Counted from the stretch's first letter, positions 19,647 through 29,619 are shown. The stretch is 64,000 bases of DNA from an uncultured Anaerolineales bacterium (GCA_964613985.1 CAZTJD010000002.1:3664-67663); one strand, 5' to 3'. Notes: generated by a model not told the origin, from the sequence alone. Numbers and translations are program-made.

Positions 19647-21011
19647 ATGACAGATTCTGGAATTTATATGAAGATCGCCTATATCGGTGGTGGTAGCCGC
19701 AGCTGGGCTCATATCATGATGAATGACCTGGCGCAATGTCGAGACCTGAACGGAGAAGTCCGCTTATACGATATCGATTTGGCAGCTGCCAAACTCAACG
19801 AAACCTTTGGGAATTGGATCCAGCAACTGGATGGTGTACATTCTCAATGGCAGTATCAAGCTGTGGAAACCATGGAATCTGCTTTGATTGACGCTGATTT
19901 CGTCTTCCTCTCCATCCAACCGGGTCCTTTGGAAATGATGGCGGATGAGATTGCGGTAGCCGAGAAACATGGCTTGTTCTTTCCTGTTGGGGATACAACG
20001 GGCGCTCCTGGTCTGATGAGAGGCCTGCGATCAGTCAAAATCTACACTCGTATTGCTTTAGCGATCGCTGACTATTGTCCAGATGCCTGGGTAATCAACT
20101 ATACCAACCCGATGACGATCTGCACCCGAACCCTGACCAGGGTAGCGCCTGGACTGAAGGTTTTCGGCTGCTGTCACGAGGTATTTGGCACCCAGCAATT
20201 GTTGGCAAGCCTGGCACGCCAATACCTATCCCTTTCCGAAACACCAGCTCGCGAAGATATCAGGGTCAACGTTTTTGGCATCAACCATTTTACCTGGATC
20301 AACCAGGCAAAATATCAAGGACAGGACCTGCTAGCTATCGTCAAGAAGCACATCCAAAAGCCAGGAGTGCTGCGACATTATACCCAGGAAGAAGTTGAGT
20401 CTGCTCGCAATTGGTTCCATGATGCGGATCAGATCAAGTTCGAACTTTTCAAGCGCTTTGGAATTTTAGCTGCCGCCGGAGACCGCCACCTGGCAGAATT
20501 TATACCAGGCTTTATCCACTCGCCAGAAGAACTCTTCCGTTGGGGCGTCATCCGCACCCCCGTTTCCTGGCGGATCGAACGGTGGCAGTGGATCCCGGAA
20601 ATGGTGCAGAACTATCTCTCCGGAGGATTGGAATGGAGTTTTCGCGATTCGGGTGAGGAAATGGCTCGCCAGATCCAAGCACTCCTTGGCCTTGGGGATT
20701 TTGTCACGAATGTAAATTTTGCCAACCGGGGTCAGATCGCCAACCTACCACTCGATGTTGTAGTAGAGACCAATGCCTTATTTAGCCAGGATCATGTTCA
20801 ACCACTAGCGGCTGGGAATCTACCTGATGGTGTACACGCCTTGGTCTCCCGCCACATCAGCAACCAGGAGATGATCATCGAAGCTGCCTTGGCAAATGAC
20901 AAAAACCTGGCATTCCAGGCTGTTTTAAACGACCCAACCACAGCTATTCCTATCGACCAGGCCTGGCAGATGTTCGAAGAAATGGGTTGGGAGGAAAATA
21001 TAGCCTTTTAG
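19647..21011 (+). CDS. glycoside hydrolase family 4 (NAD+/Mn2+-dependent glycosidase)
   Basis: MKIAYIGGGS Rossmann start, a NYTNPM motif and the GCCHEVFG catalytic Cys-His motif. An alternative start is at 19668. Confidence 0.85.
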   Translation: MTDSGIYMKIAYIGGGSRSWAHIMMNDLAQCRDLNGEVRLYDIDLAAAKLNETFGNWIQQLDGVHSQWQYQAVETMESALIDADFVFLSIQPGPLEMMADEIAVAEKHGLFFPVGDTTGAPGLMRGLRSVKIYTRIALAIADYCPDAWVINYTNPMTICTRTLTRVAPGLKVFGCCHEVFGTQQLLASLARQYLSLSETPAREDIRVNVFGINHFTWINQAKYQGQDLLAIVKKHIQKPGVLRHYTQEEVESARNWFHDADQIKFELFKRFGILAAAGDRHLAEFIPGFIHSPEELFRWGVIRTPVSWRIERWQWIPEMVQNYLSGGLEWSFRDSGEEMARQIQALLGLGDFVTNVNFANRGQIANLPLDVVVETNALFSQDHVQPLAAGNLPDGVHALVSRHISNQEMIIEAALANDKNLAFQAVLNDPTTAIPIDQAWQMFEEMGWEENIAF

Positions 21012-21351
21012 AACAAAGGGAAATTAAAAACCCTGGAGGAATAGCCTCACTAATTACCGATGGTAATGAACAGCTCATCTCTTTCCAGGGAACTAATATC
21101 GTGGGCGATCAGATTAAAACTAAAATGACCGGGCACGCTTGGAACTGCTAGAATTGGGGTGGGAAGATGTGGATCAGCATATCAAAATCGCCTGTTATGC
21201 GAAGGGCTTGACCATAACGATCAAAGTGTTCAGCTTAGTTCTCGCAGCTGTTCACCCTGTAGATGAAAAGGCGGTTAACATCAACCCCCATCATAGCATC
21301 TATTCGAGGTCGCACATCCCCATCATAGTCTACTCACCAGCGTAGAGGGAT

Positions 21352-22131
21352 TTAGCGCATTAGAAATAACGCACCAACTGTGAGCAGTCCGAAAAAAGCG
21401 CTAACGATGACAGCCCCCTGAATAATATCTTTGGATTCGCGGCGATCTTCTAACACAAATACCGGATACATCTCCTTCACATCAAGCAGTGGACCACTCA
21501 GCCAGGAAAAAATGACTCCACCCACTAATCCTCCAATATGACCCCAGTTATCTATTCCTGGACTCAAACCAATGATAAGGTTAACAACCGCAATGGTAAT
21601 AATGCCATTTAGAGCCTGTCGGACAGCGGGACCAAATATTTTCCGGTTATGATAATAAAATATGCCTTGGGCACCAATCAGACCAAAAATCGCTGTGGAA
21701 GAGCCCAATGAGGGTGCATCGGTGAACATCATCGAGAAGACATTGCCACCAAAACCACTGAGCAGGTAAAGTGTCAGGAAACGCCAGTGACCGTAATAAC
21801 GTTCCAAACGCGGTCCAAGGATGTGAAGAGCATACATATTGAAGGCGATATGAAGGATTGAACCGTGAAGAAATATGGGCGTGATTAAACGCCACAGTTC
21901 TCCTTGAAAAATCTTCTCGTTAATCTTCGCCCCATACAACACCAGAATGTCCGTCTGAAAAAAGAAATCCCCTGCTGATTGGAATAAAAAGACCAACACA
22001 GTTAATCCTAATAGGCTATAGGAAACCACTGGTCGAATATCTGGTAGTTTAACTGGTATTCGATTAGGAAACGTTGGACTGCTTCTTCGCGTTCCGTCGT
22101 TATCCTCCTGCGGCGGTGTTTGTTGACTCAA
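21352..22131 (-). CDS. rhomboid family intramembrane serine protease
   Basis: Multi-TM protein with a GSSTAIFGLIG catalytic Ser motif and HIGGLVGG His motif. The TTG start overlaps the gmk stop. Confidence 0.85.
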   Translation of the reverse strand: MSQQTPPQEDNDGTRRSSPTFPNRIPVKLPDIRPVVSYSLLGLTVLVFLFQSAGDFFFQTDILVLYGAKINEKIFQGELWRLITPIFLHGSILHIAFNMYALHILGPRLERYYGHWRFLTLYLLSGFGGNVFSMMFTDAPSLGSSTAIFGLIGAQGIFYYHNRKIFGPAVRQALNGIITIAVVNLIIGLSPGIDNWGHIGGLVGGVIFSWLSGPLLDVKEMYPVFVLEDRRESKDIIQGAVIVSAFFGLLTVGALFLMR

Positions 22132-22757
22132 ATCTGTACCTTACGATGTTTTACTCGATGGTGTTCCGCGTTGATGATTGCTTCAATTGTATCTACGGTT
22201 TCATCCAACTTTGAGTCGCGGTTTTCCACCACATAATCGAAATCAACAACACGTTTCAGTTCTTGCCGGGCCGTAGCGATCCGCAGCTTCAATCCCTCAG
22301 GTTTTTCAGTTTTTCGATCCTTAAGGCGATTTTCCAATTCTTCTTCGGTCCCTGTAACCAGGAAAATGAGTAAGGCATCAGGATAAATTTCTCGCACAGT
22401 AGCTGCCCCCTGTACATCCAGGCGCATAACAACATCTTTTCCGCTGTTGAAGGCCTTTCTGACCTGAGATTTGGGTATGCCTTTGAAATCATTGTAAACG
22501 ATTGCATACTCCAGAAGTTCACCTTGCTCGATCATATCCGCAAATTCGTCCTTGGAATAGAAGAAATAATCTTCCCCATGGGTCTCATCTTCCCGGGGGA
22601 GACGAGTGGTAGCAGTAATCACAAAATGGAAAAGCAAATGTCTCTCCGCCATACAATTGACAACACTGTCTTTTCCCACTCCCGAGGGACCGGATATCAC
22701 GATCAGCAAAGGCTCAGTATGATGTTGAAGCAACGGTTCTTTTAACTCAGAATTCAT
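22128..22757 (-). CDS. gmk: guanylate kinase
   Basis: P-loop GPSGVGKDS and a TTRLPREDE motif. Confidence 0.9.
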   Translation of the reverse strand: MNSELKEPLLQHHTEPLLIVISGPSGVGKDSVVNCMAERHLLFHFVITATTRLPREDETHGEDYFFYSKDEFADMIEQGELLEYAIVYNDFKGIPKSQVRKAFNSGKDVVMRLDVQGAATVREIYPDALLIFLVTGTEEELENRLKDRKTEKPEGLKLRIATARQELKRVVDFDYVVENRDSKLDETVDTIEAIINAEHHRVKHRKVQI

Positions 22758-22815
22758 ATAAATTCCTTTGTCCACGGATTATAATACTTTTTGATATAAA
22801 TGGTTGGAGGTACTA

Positions 22816-23229
22816 ATGCCCACATATGATTATCGATGTCTTAACTGCCGTAAGCGTTTTGAGTTGTTCTTGTCTTATGAAGAATATGGCACCCAAGAGG
22901 TTCATTGTCCTCATTGCGATAGCATAAAAGTGCAACGCAAAATCGGTCGCATCCGTATTGCCAAGTCGGAAGACAGCCGCATAGACGATCTGGCTTCGGA
23001 TTTTAGCGATCCATCAGCCCTGTCAGGGTTGGAAGATGATCCCAAAGCATTAGGACGTTTGATGCGCAAGATGAGCAATGAGATGGGGGAAGAAATGGGA
23101 CCAGAATTTGATGAGGTGGTCGATCGTCTGGAAAAAGGTCAAAGCCCCGAAGAAATCGAAGAAGCCTTGCCTGACCTGGGAGGCGATAGCAGCCCAGGTG
23201 GCAGACTTGGAGATCTAGATGATTTCTGA
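22816..23229 (+). CDS. FmdB family zinc-ribbon protein with acidic tail
   Basis: MPTYDYRCLNC...CPHC zinc ribbon. GGAGG RBS upstream. Confidence 0.75.
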   Translation: MPTYDYRCLNCRKRFELFLSYEEYGTQEVHCPHCDSIKVQRKIGRIRIAKSEDSRIDDLASDFSDPSALSGLEDDPKALGRLMRKMSNEMGEEMGPEFDEVVDRLEKGQSPEEIEEALPDLGGDSSPGGRLGDLDDF

Positions 23230-23307
23230 TTTCTACCGTTGCTTTGTCAATCCAGAATCTGTTATCGTTTCTTCCTTGCTGAAACTTACTACCCTTAGGT
23301 TTTAATC

Positions 23308-23754
23308 ATGCCAGATCTCCCACATGTAAAGATTTACACAGATGGTGCTTGCCGCAACAACCCAGGACGCGGTGGATGGGGAGCTTTACTTCGCTATGAT
23401 CAACATGAAAAGGAACTATCTGGAACAGAGAAAGATACCACCAACAATCGCATGGAACTTACTGCGGCTGTCAAAGCATTTGAGGCGCTCAAGCAACCTT
23501 GCCGGGTGGATTTTTATACCGACTCACAATATATGCGCCGTGGGATCACTGAGTGGCTGAAGAACTGGAAAGCAAAAGGATGGAAAACAGCAAATAACAA
23601 ACCCGTGAAGAATCAGGATCTATGGCGAGCCTTAGAAAGGGTAACAAAGAAACACGAAGTCTCCTGGCATTGGGTACGTGGTCATGGAGGACACCGTGAA
23701 AACGAGCGTGCGGACAAATTAGCCAGGAAAGCGATTACTAGAATAGTCGATTGA
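23308..23754 (+). CDS. rnhA: ribonuclease HI
   Basis: [12 protein letters not shown]...GGWG, TNNRMEL and SQY motifs, 148 aa. Confidence 0.9.
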   Translation: MPDLPHVKIYTDGACRNNPGRGGWGALLRYDQHEKELSGTEKDTTNNRMELTAAVKAFEALKQPCRVDFYTDSQYMRRGITEWLKNWKAKGWKTANNKPVKNQDLWRALERVTKKHEVSWHWVRGHGGHRENERADKLARKAITRIVD

Positions 23755-23859
23755 AAAGTAACAAAGTTTCCAATTGTGATTGATTATATAAATACGAGAC
23801 AAGGTAAAAGCTGAATGTAATCCACACACCTATAACAATTCACTCTGAATTACAGGAAT

Positions 23860-23890
23860 AAAAAAGACGAGCCTATACAAGCTCGTCTTT
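23860..23890 (-). terminator. rho-independent terminator downstream of the tRNA operon
   Basis: Stem AGACGAGC/GCTCGTCT with an 8-nt loop. On the minus strand it is followed by a T run (an A run on the plus strand). Confidence 0.7.
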
Positions 23891-23897
23891 CTATCTG

Positions 23898-23968
<71 letters not shown>

Positions 23969-24049
23969 AAAAAAAATTACTGATCGTATCATGAAGATTG
24001 CCGATAACGATCAATCCACAACCTACAATCTACAATCAGCAATCTCTTG

Positions 24050-24121
24050 AGCGGGCGACGGGATTCGAACCCGTGGCCTTCTGCTTGGCAAGCAGACGTT
24101 ATACCACTTAACTACGCCCGC
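24050..24121 (-). tRNA. tRNA-Gly(GCC)
   Basis: Acceptor GCGGGCG/CGCCCGC, anticodon stem-loop TCTGC-TTGCCAA-GCAGA, T-loop TTCGAAT. Confidence 0.9.
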
Positions 24122-24141
24122 AAATCGGTCAAACCCGATAG

Positions 24142-24214
24142 TGCCGAGAGCCAGAATCGAACTGGCGACACCGCAATTTTCAGTCGCGTGCTCTACCAAC
24201 TGAGCTATCTCGGC
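24142..24214 (-). tRNA. tRNA-Phe(GAA)
   Basis: Acceptor GCCGAGA/TCTCGGC, D-arm GCTCAGTTGGTAGAGC, anticodon loop CTGAAAA, T-loop TTCGATT. Confidence 0.9.
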
Positions 24215-24246
24215 CTGGTAACAAAGTGCCTCAAAAGGCAGGGGAC

Positions 24247-24275
24247 ATTTTACTCGCACCAGAATGGATTGTCAA
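24247..24275 (-). promoter_or_regulatory. sigma70-type promoter of the tRNA operon (TTGACA-17-TAAAAT)
   Basis: On the minus strand, TTGACA (24275-24270), a 17-nt spacer and TAAAAT (24252-24247), about 30 nt upstream of the tRNA-Phe 5' end. Confidence 0.6.
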
Positions 24276-24360
24276 GCGACTCAAGCCAATGCTCAAGGTA
24301 GGGTCATAAGTTCAAGTGATTCATATTCAGTTAACCTGGTCATGATAAAATCTGTTCGAG

Positions 24361-25653
24361 ATGTTAATTCTTGCAAACCTCTGGCAAACAACAAAAAAAA
24401 TCGCCTGTTTGGTATTCATCGTCCTGGCTGGCGTTATCTTATTACAACGTAGTGATGTCAAAATTGAGAACCAGCTAGAGAAAATAAGGTCCTTTACCAG
24501 GCAGATCGAGTTCGATTTCGTAACCTGGACTTTTGATGCCCTTGGAATCAAGTTGCAGCAAATGAGTCTGGGCACAGCGAATTATCTGCCTCAAGAAGAA
24601 CTTTCCAAGTTCGTCCTTGACTATCTGGCGCTCAATAACCAGATCCAACAGGTAGAGACTCAGATTTACGATATATACTCAAATCCAGTAATATCAGATC
24701 CCAAATCATCATCTACCCTTCTTCGGAAACAACTCCAAGATCTAAACATCCAAAGAGAGGCGCTTGCCCCGTTGGCTGAGTCGATTTTACAGGACCAGGT
24801 GAGCGAAATAATATCTGACCTTGGATTGACAATCCTTGGACAGTCAGTTCCTCCTGTTTTGTACCACATCAGTGCAGTGCCACGTGGGCTTGTGGTTTCC
24901 CCTAGAAATGTCATCCGTCAAGATGCCAATATCGCTATCGATCCCGAAATCACTATCGCAGGCATGGAAGCGCTTGAAAATGAGGTGGAAGAATCACTTG
25001 ACGTATCATCATTGGTCGTTGGCTTAGGAGGAATAGGATTGTATCCAACGATGGTCATGGAGACAAGCAATATTAATTGGTTAGCAGAGGTTGTATCCCA
25101 CGAGTGGGTGCACAATTTCCTAACCCTCAGACCACTCGGAGCGAGTTATAGCACCAGTCCTGAATTAAGGATAATCAATGAAACTGTTGCGAATCTTTCC
25201 GAAAAAGAGATCGGCGGGGCTGTGATCGAACAATTTTATCCAGGCTTTGTACCTCTGCCACCAACGCCTTCAACAGAAAACAGCGAAGAAAACGACCTTC
25301 CTCCAAAAACCCCTTCTTTTGATTTCAGATCAGAGATGCACGAAACCCGCTTGATGACTGATGAGCTCCTGTTGAAAGGAAGAATTAAAGAGGCAGAAGC
25401 TTATATGGAAGCACAACGACAGATGTTCTGGGAACATGGTTATCATATACGCAAGTTAAACCAGGCATACTTTGCCTTTTATGGTGCTTACGCAGACGAA
25501 CCAGGCGGCCACGCTGGAGCAACAGAAGATCCTATTGGTGATGCAGTGCGTAGACTTCGCGCCCAGAGTTCATCCCTCGCCGTCTTTCTTAACCGTATAT
25601 CCTGGATGTGGTCACTTGACCAGCTTATGAACGCAGTGGAAGCAGGAGAATAA
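24361..25653 (+). CDS. membrane-anchored hypothetical protein with HExxH zinc-metallopeptidase motif
   Basis: N-terminal TM helix and EVVSHEWVHNF (HExxH). I recognised no further family. Confidence 0.55.
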   Translation: MLILANLWQTTKKIACLVFIVLAGVILLQRSDVKIENQLEKIRSFTRQIEFDFVTWTFDALGIKLQQMSLGTANYLPQEELSKFVLDYLALNNQIQQVETQIYDIYSNPVISDPKSSSTLLRKQLQDLNIQREALAPLAESILQDQVSEIISDLGLTILGQSVPPVLYHISAVPRGLVVSPRNVIRQDANIAIDPEITIAGMEALENEVEESLDVSSLVVGLGGIGLYPTMVMETSNINWLAEVVSHEWVHNFLTLRPLGASYSTSPELRIINETVANLSEKEIGGAVIEQFYPGFVPLPPTPSTENSEENDLPPKTPSFDFRSEMHETRLMTDELLLKGRIKEAEAYMEAQRQMFWEHGYHIRKLNQAYFAFYGAYADEPGGHAGATEDPIGDAVRRLRAQSSSLAVFLNRISWMWSLDQLMNAVEAGE

Positions 25654-25747
25654 GGTTATTAGGAGGATCTTTAAGCAGAAATTGTGCAATGATAATAAAC
25701 TCTAATCCTGGTAAAATGAGCGGATATTGGCCAAATTTGGAGCAAAA

Positions 25748-27061
25748 ATGAGAAAAGGTTTATTCATCTTATCAGTATTGATCAGTCTCCTATCGAATGC
25801 CTGCAGCGGAATCCATGGGTATACGCCTAGGGTAACCACGAATACTCCATCAAGCACAGTCGTTGGAACAACAGTAACAGAACTTGCCGGACCCAGCCCA
25901 AATCAAGGGCCAGAAAGTGGAGCTGGTTCTGCGGTTCAGCCAATAAATGGTTTGATGAGTGAATGTACTCTGGTCAGCTCATCCACCAAGCAATCTTCAG
26001 GCCAGGCAAATATTTTTTTAATTTCTGAAGATGATTGGACTCTTGGACCAGATGATGCTGCAGTAACCATAATTGAGTACGGAGATTTCCAGTGACCATA
26101 CTGTGCCCAATCTGCTTCCGTGCTGAAGCAGCTCAAGAATCAGTTCCCGGATGATCTTCGAATTGTTTACCGCTATTTCCCTTTAGCCAGTATCCACGAT
26201 AAGGCTTTGTTAGCCTCTCAGGCCGCAGAAGCGGCGGGGCTACAGGACATGTTTTGGGAAATGCACGACTTTCTTTTTGAAAACCAAAAGGTTTGGTCCT
26301 CACTTACTGAGGACGAGTTCGAAACCTGGCTAGTGAACACGGCTGCCTACAGGATCCACCTGGACACTGAAAAGTTTGCAGTAGATTTAAAAAGCGAGGG
26401 AATCGTTTCGTATGTCCAGAAAACCTGGGAATATGGACAGTCCCTCGGCCTCCCGGGAACCCCTTTTTTTGTTCTTAACGGTTCCCCCTATAACGGACCT
26501 TTAGATGAATACAGCATCCAATCCATCATCCAGTTACAGGCATTGGAAGAAATCCAATACAGCGAATGCCCACCGGTCGTAATTGACCCACTTAAAAATT
26601 ATATTGCCACCATCCGGACAGAGAAAGGTGATATCGTAGTACAGTTATTCCCAGATATTGCCCCTCTGGCGGTCAATAGCTTTGTATTCCTGGCAAAAAA
26701 TGGCTGGTTTGATGGGGTAATATTCCACCGAGTACTCCCTGGATTTGTAGCCCAGGCAGGGGATCCAACTGGTACTGGCTTAGGTGGGCCAGGTTATGCC
26801 TTCAAAAATGAAACGACTCCCGATCTTGTCTTTGACCGGGAGGGCTTACTTGCCATGGCAAATGCCGGTCCGGATTCTAATGGCAGCCAGTTCTTTATCA
26901 CCTTGGGACCAGCCGAACATCTTAATGGAGCCTATACCATATTCGGTGAAGTCATTGAAGGAATGAAAGTTGTTAAAAATCTGACAGCACGAGATCCATC
27001 CCAGGGTTCTAATCTGCCACCCGGGGACATGATCATCACAATCACGATCGAAGAGAAATAA
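25748..27061 (+). CDS. predicted selenoprotein: DsbA-like thiol:disulfide oxidoreductase (UxxC) fused to cyclophilin-type peptidyl-prolyl isomerase, lipoprotein
   Basis: GGAG RBS and lipobox LLSNAC. An in-frame TGA at 26093-26095 gives IIEYGDFQ-U-PYCAQ, with a downstream hairpin. The DsbA-like body follows (FWEMHDFLFENQ, GTPFFVLNG), then cyclophilin motifs (FHRVLPGFVAQAGDP, NGSQFFIT). Confidence 0.8.
26112..26131 (+). promoter_or_regulatory. candidate bacterial SECIS hairpin
   Basis: CUGCUUC-CGUGCU-GAAGCAG is a perfect 7-bp stem. It starts 16 nt after the UGA, and the loop contains GU. Confidence 0.6.
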
Positions 27062-27131
27062 CCTACCCGAAAATCCAAGCTTCCCATATGAGATTCGCGG
27101 ATCATCCAAGGGTGCCAAAGAACCATAAGAT

Positions 27132-28502
27132 ATGATGCAGCAATCGTCAGTAAAAATGCCCCAAAACAAACCAAATCAGAAAGAACAATCTGTCCGTTGG
27201 CTTTCTATCTGGCAGCTTCTCCTCAGTCTTTTTGGTATATTGGTCTTTTGGGGCTTAGCCTTCACGTTGTTGCTGATGATATTACAGTCGACCATCAATG
27301 CACCAGGGTTGATGAGTGATTCAATCGCTCTGCTGCTGATGGTTGCAGGGTTCGCGTTTATAGGGGTTTTGATGATCCCTTCTGCGGTACTTTCCTCGCT
27401 CAGTTTATTTAATAAACCGGTGCAGGGCACATTCCGAATCCCCCGGCCTGCCTCCCTTTTTTTTCTCTTCACTGTGTTACTGGGTTTGGGATACCTGGCA
27501 GCGAAACAATCAAACATTGTTTGGGTCGTCCTTCCACCAATCCATGTAATTGCGATTGGGATCGCCATCCTATGGATGATCAAACTAGGGACTCGCGGCT
27601 TGCCGACAGGGTCAGCTCAACGCCAGTGGGGAATATTCAACCTGGGGTTGGTAGCCGCGCCTGTGCTTAGCCTGTTAATTGAATTTGTAGTAATTATTAT
27701 TGTCGGTTTTATGGGCATCGCCTACCTAGGACGTGAACCGGGTTTCTCTGCTGAGCTTTCCCAACTCTATCAGGGCTACCTGGCGAACCCGAATCTTTCT
27801 TTGGATACAATTATCACGACCCTGGAACCTTACCTAATGCAGCCTGTGGTAATTTATGTCGGATTGGTTGTTATCGCCTTGCTGGTACCGTTGATTGAGG
27901 AGACGATAAAACCTATTGGAGTATGGCTGCTTGCTGGACGCAAGCCCACACCAGCACATGGTTTTGCAGCCGGTGTGTTAAGTGGCGGAGGGTTTGCCTT
28001 GTTTGAAAACTTGACCCTTTCCGCAACTTCAGGGGAGGATTGGGCTCTGGTTGTTGCCTCCCGTATTGGAACAAGTATCATTCACATCATCACCACAGGA
28101 CTCACCGGTTGGGCTCTTGCCTCTGCATGGAGTCAGAAAAAATATCTTCGCCTTGGTGCATCCTTCCTCGCCGCTGTTGCTATCCATGCTTTGTGGAATG
28201 GACTTGTCATCCTTTCGATCGTGCCGGAATTTTTCCCTGGACTGAACAACTATCCAGATATTTTAGAGAATATCGGCCTTGCTTCTCCCCTCGGTTATCT
28301 ATTACTCTTGGTAGGTAGCTTCATTCTACTCTTCCGAGGCAATTATTCACTCAGAAATGCTATAATTCCGCCCGTTGTGGAACCAGAAATCTGGAAATCT
28401 CAGGATCCAGAAAATCACTTCTCAAAGCAAACCATTAAACCAATCCCGCCCAGGCTAGAGGAAGAAAGTGAAAGCACTACTGCGGTGGGAGAGGAAAAAT
28501 AG
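27132..28502 (+). CDS. PrsW-like intramembrane metalloprotease family protein
   Basis: Polytopic protein with an EETIKP motif, FALFEN and a HIITTGLTG His motif, as in PrsW-type proteases. Confidence 0.6.
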   Translation: MMQQSSVKMPQNKPNQKEQSVRWLSIWQLLLSLFGILVFWGLAFTLLLMILQSTINAPGLMSDSIALLLMVAGFAFIGVLMIPSAVLSSLSLFNKPVQGTFRIPRPASLFFLFTVLLGLGYLAAKQSNIVWVVLPPIHVIAIGIAILWMIKLGTRGLPTGSAQRQWGIFNLGLVAAPVLSLLIEFVVIIIVGFMGIAYLGREPGFSAELSQLYQGYLANPNLSLDTIITTLEPYLMQPVVIYVGLVVIALLVPLIEETIKPIGVWLLAGRKPTPAHGFAAGVLSGGGFALFENLTLSATSGEDWALVVASRIGTSIIHIITTGLTGWALASAWSQKKYLRLGASFLAAVAIHALWNGLVILSIVPEFFPGLNNYPDILENIGLASPLGYLLLLVGSFILLFRGNYSLRNAIIPPVVEPEIWKSQDPENHFSKQTIKPIPPRLEEESESTTAVGEEK

Positions 28503-28515
28503 GATTAACTAGAAA

Positions 28516-29172
28516 ATGGAAATCATCACCTATATTATTGAATTCGTCCTTCACCTGGATGAGCATCTGGCAACAATCATCGCCAATTATGGGACCTGGA
28601 CGTACGCAATTCTTTTCTTTGTAATTTTTATAGAAACTGGTTTTGTGGTCACCCCTTTCTTACCAGGTGATTCGCTTTTATTTGCAGCAGGTAGTTTTGC
28701 TGCCCTCGGCTCACTCGATCCCTGGGTAATTTTCGGGCTTATGGGATTTGCGGCTATCCTCGGGGATACGGTCAACTACTCGATCGGTAGCTATATTGGT
28801 GAACGTGCCTTCAGCGGTAATATCCGCTGGCTGAAGAAAGAGTACCTTGACCGCACTGAAGCATTTTACGAAAAACATGGCGGCAAGACGATCATTCTAG
28901 CCCGTTTCGTACCGATCATCCGTACATTTGCACCTTTTGTCGCCGGGGTCGGCTCGATGACTTATGGACATTTTATCGCCTACAATTTCATCGGAGGAAT
29001 CTCCTGGGTAGCGATATTCACCTTCTTGGGTTACTTTTTCGGGAACCTTCCCTTCGTAAAGAGGAATTTTGAACTGGTAATCTTCGCCATTATCTTCATC
29101 TCCCTGCTGCCACCGTTGTTTGAATATTTCAAAGCCCGCAAAGAAACCAAGATAAAAAACATAAAAGCATAA
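28516..29172 (+). CDS. DedA family membrane protein
   Basis: The [16 protein letters not shown] motif and a size of about 218 aa are typical of DedA/SNARE-associated proteins. Confidence 0.85.
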   Translation: MEIITYIIEFVLHLDEHLATIIANYGTWTYAILFFVIFIETGFVVTPFLPGDSLLFAAGSFAALGSLDPWVIFGLMGFAAILGDTVNYSIGSYIGERAFSGNIRWLKKEYLDRTEAFYEKHGGKTIILARFVPIIRTFAPFVAGVGSMTYGHFIAYNFIGGISWVAIFTFLGYFFGNLPFVKRNFELVIFAIIFISLLPPLFEYFKARKETKIKNIKA

Positions 29173-29175
29173 AAA

Positions 29176-29204
29176 AATCGGTATCAAGTTGATACCGATT
29201 TTTC
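29176..29204. terminator. bidirectional rho-independent terminator
   Basis: A 10-bp stem ATCGGTATCA/TGATACCGAT with a 3-nt loop. It is flanked by an A run upstream and TTTT downstream, between convergent genes. Confidence 0.8.
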
Positions 29205-29256
29205 ATTGATTCAAAAGAGGGATCGTTCCAATGAAATATCACCAATAGATACCGAT

Positions 29257-29619
29257 TTAACAGGTAATATGGAACAACCCAATGGTTCCATCTCCTGCCA
29301 GGTTCCAGGCATCAAGCGCTTCTGGTGTGGGTAAAACATCCACTTGACAATGTCGCCCTTTGAAGAACTCGGCAGCATCTTCGGAAAGGTTTAACATACC
29401 ATATTGTCCTGCACCCAGGATCAAGGTACCAGCTCCCTCTTCATATACATATTCTGCTTCCTCCAGAGAAATAGTGTGCGAGGTGCCGTAAATTACCTTG
29501 GATAATTTCTTCTTCCGTTTTTCCACATCCCCGTTCAGGTGAATAAGGACATCATGAGCATAGGTCTTCCCGTCAATAGTGATCGAGCCAAATTTTGTAC
29601 TTTCGATTCTAGGTTTCAT
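29257..29619 (-). CDS. Mth938-like (DUF498) domain protein
   Basis: FGSITIDGKTYAHDVLI...DVLPTPEA pattern. GGAG RBS before the ATG at 29619. Confidence 0.6.
   Translation of the reverse strand: MKPRIESTKFGSITIDGKTYAHDVLIHLNGDVEKRKKKLSKVIYGTSHTISLEEAEYVYEEGAGTLILGAGQYGMLNLSEDAAEFFKGRHCQVDVLPTPEALDAWNLAGDGTIGLFHITC

Noticed and set aside
21012-21351. ORF 21139..21345 (+) and a minus-strand frame (…AVPSVPGHFSFNLIAHDISSLERDELFITIGN) in the convergent gap between the GH4 and rhomboid genes
   Set aside because: Neither has a credible start or RBS, or a motif I recognise. It may be a gene remnant, but I cannot assign it.
24023-24301. ORF-track proteins 24023..24259 (-) and 24047..24301 (+)
   Set aside because: They lie entirely over the tRNA-Gly and tRNA-Phe genes and their spacers. 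Their sequence is explained by the tRNAs, and there is no RBS or coding signature.
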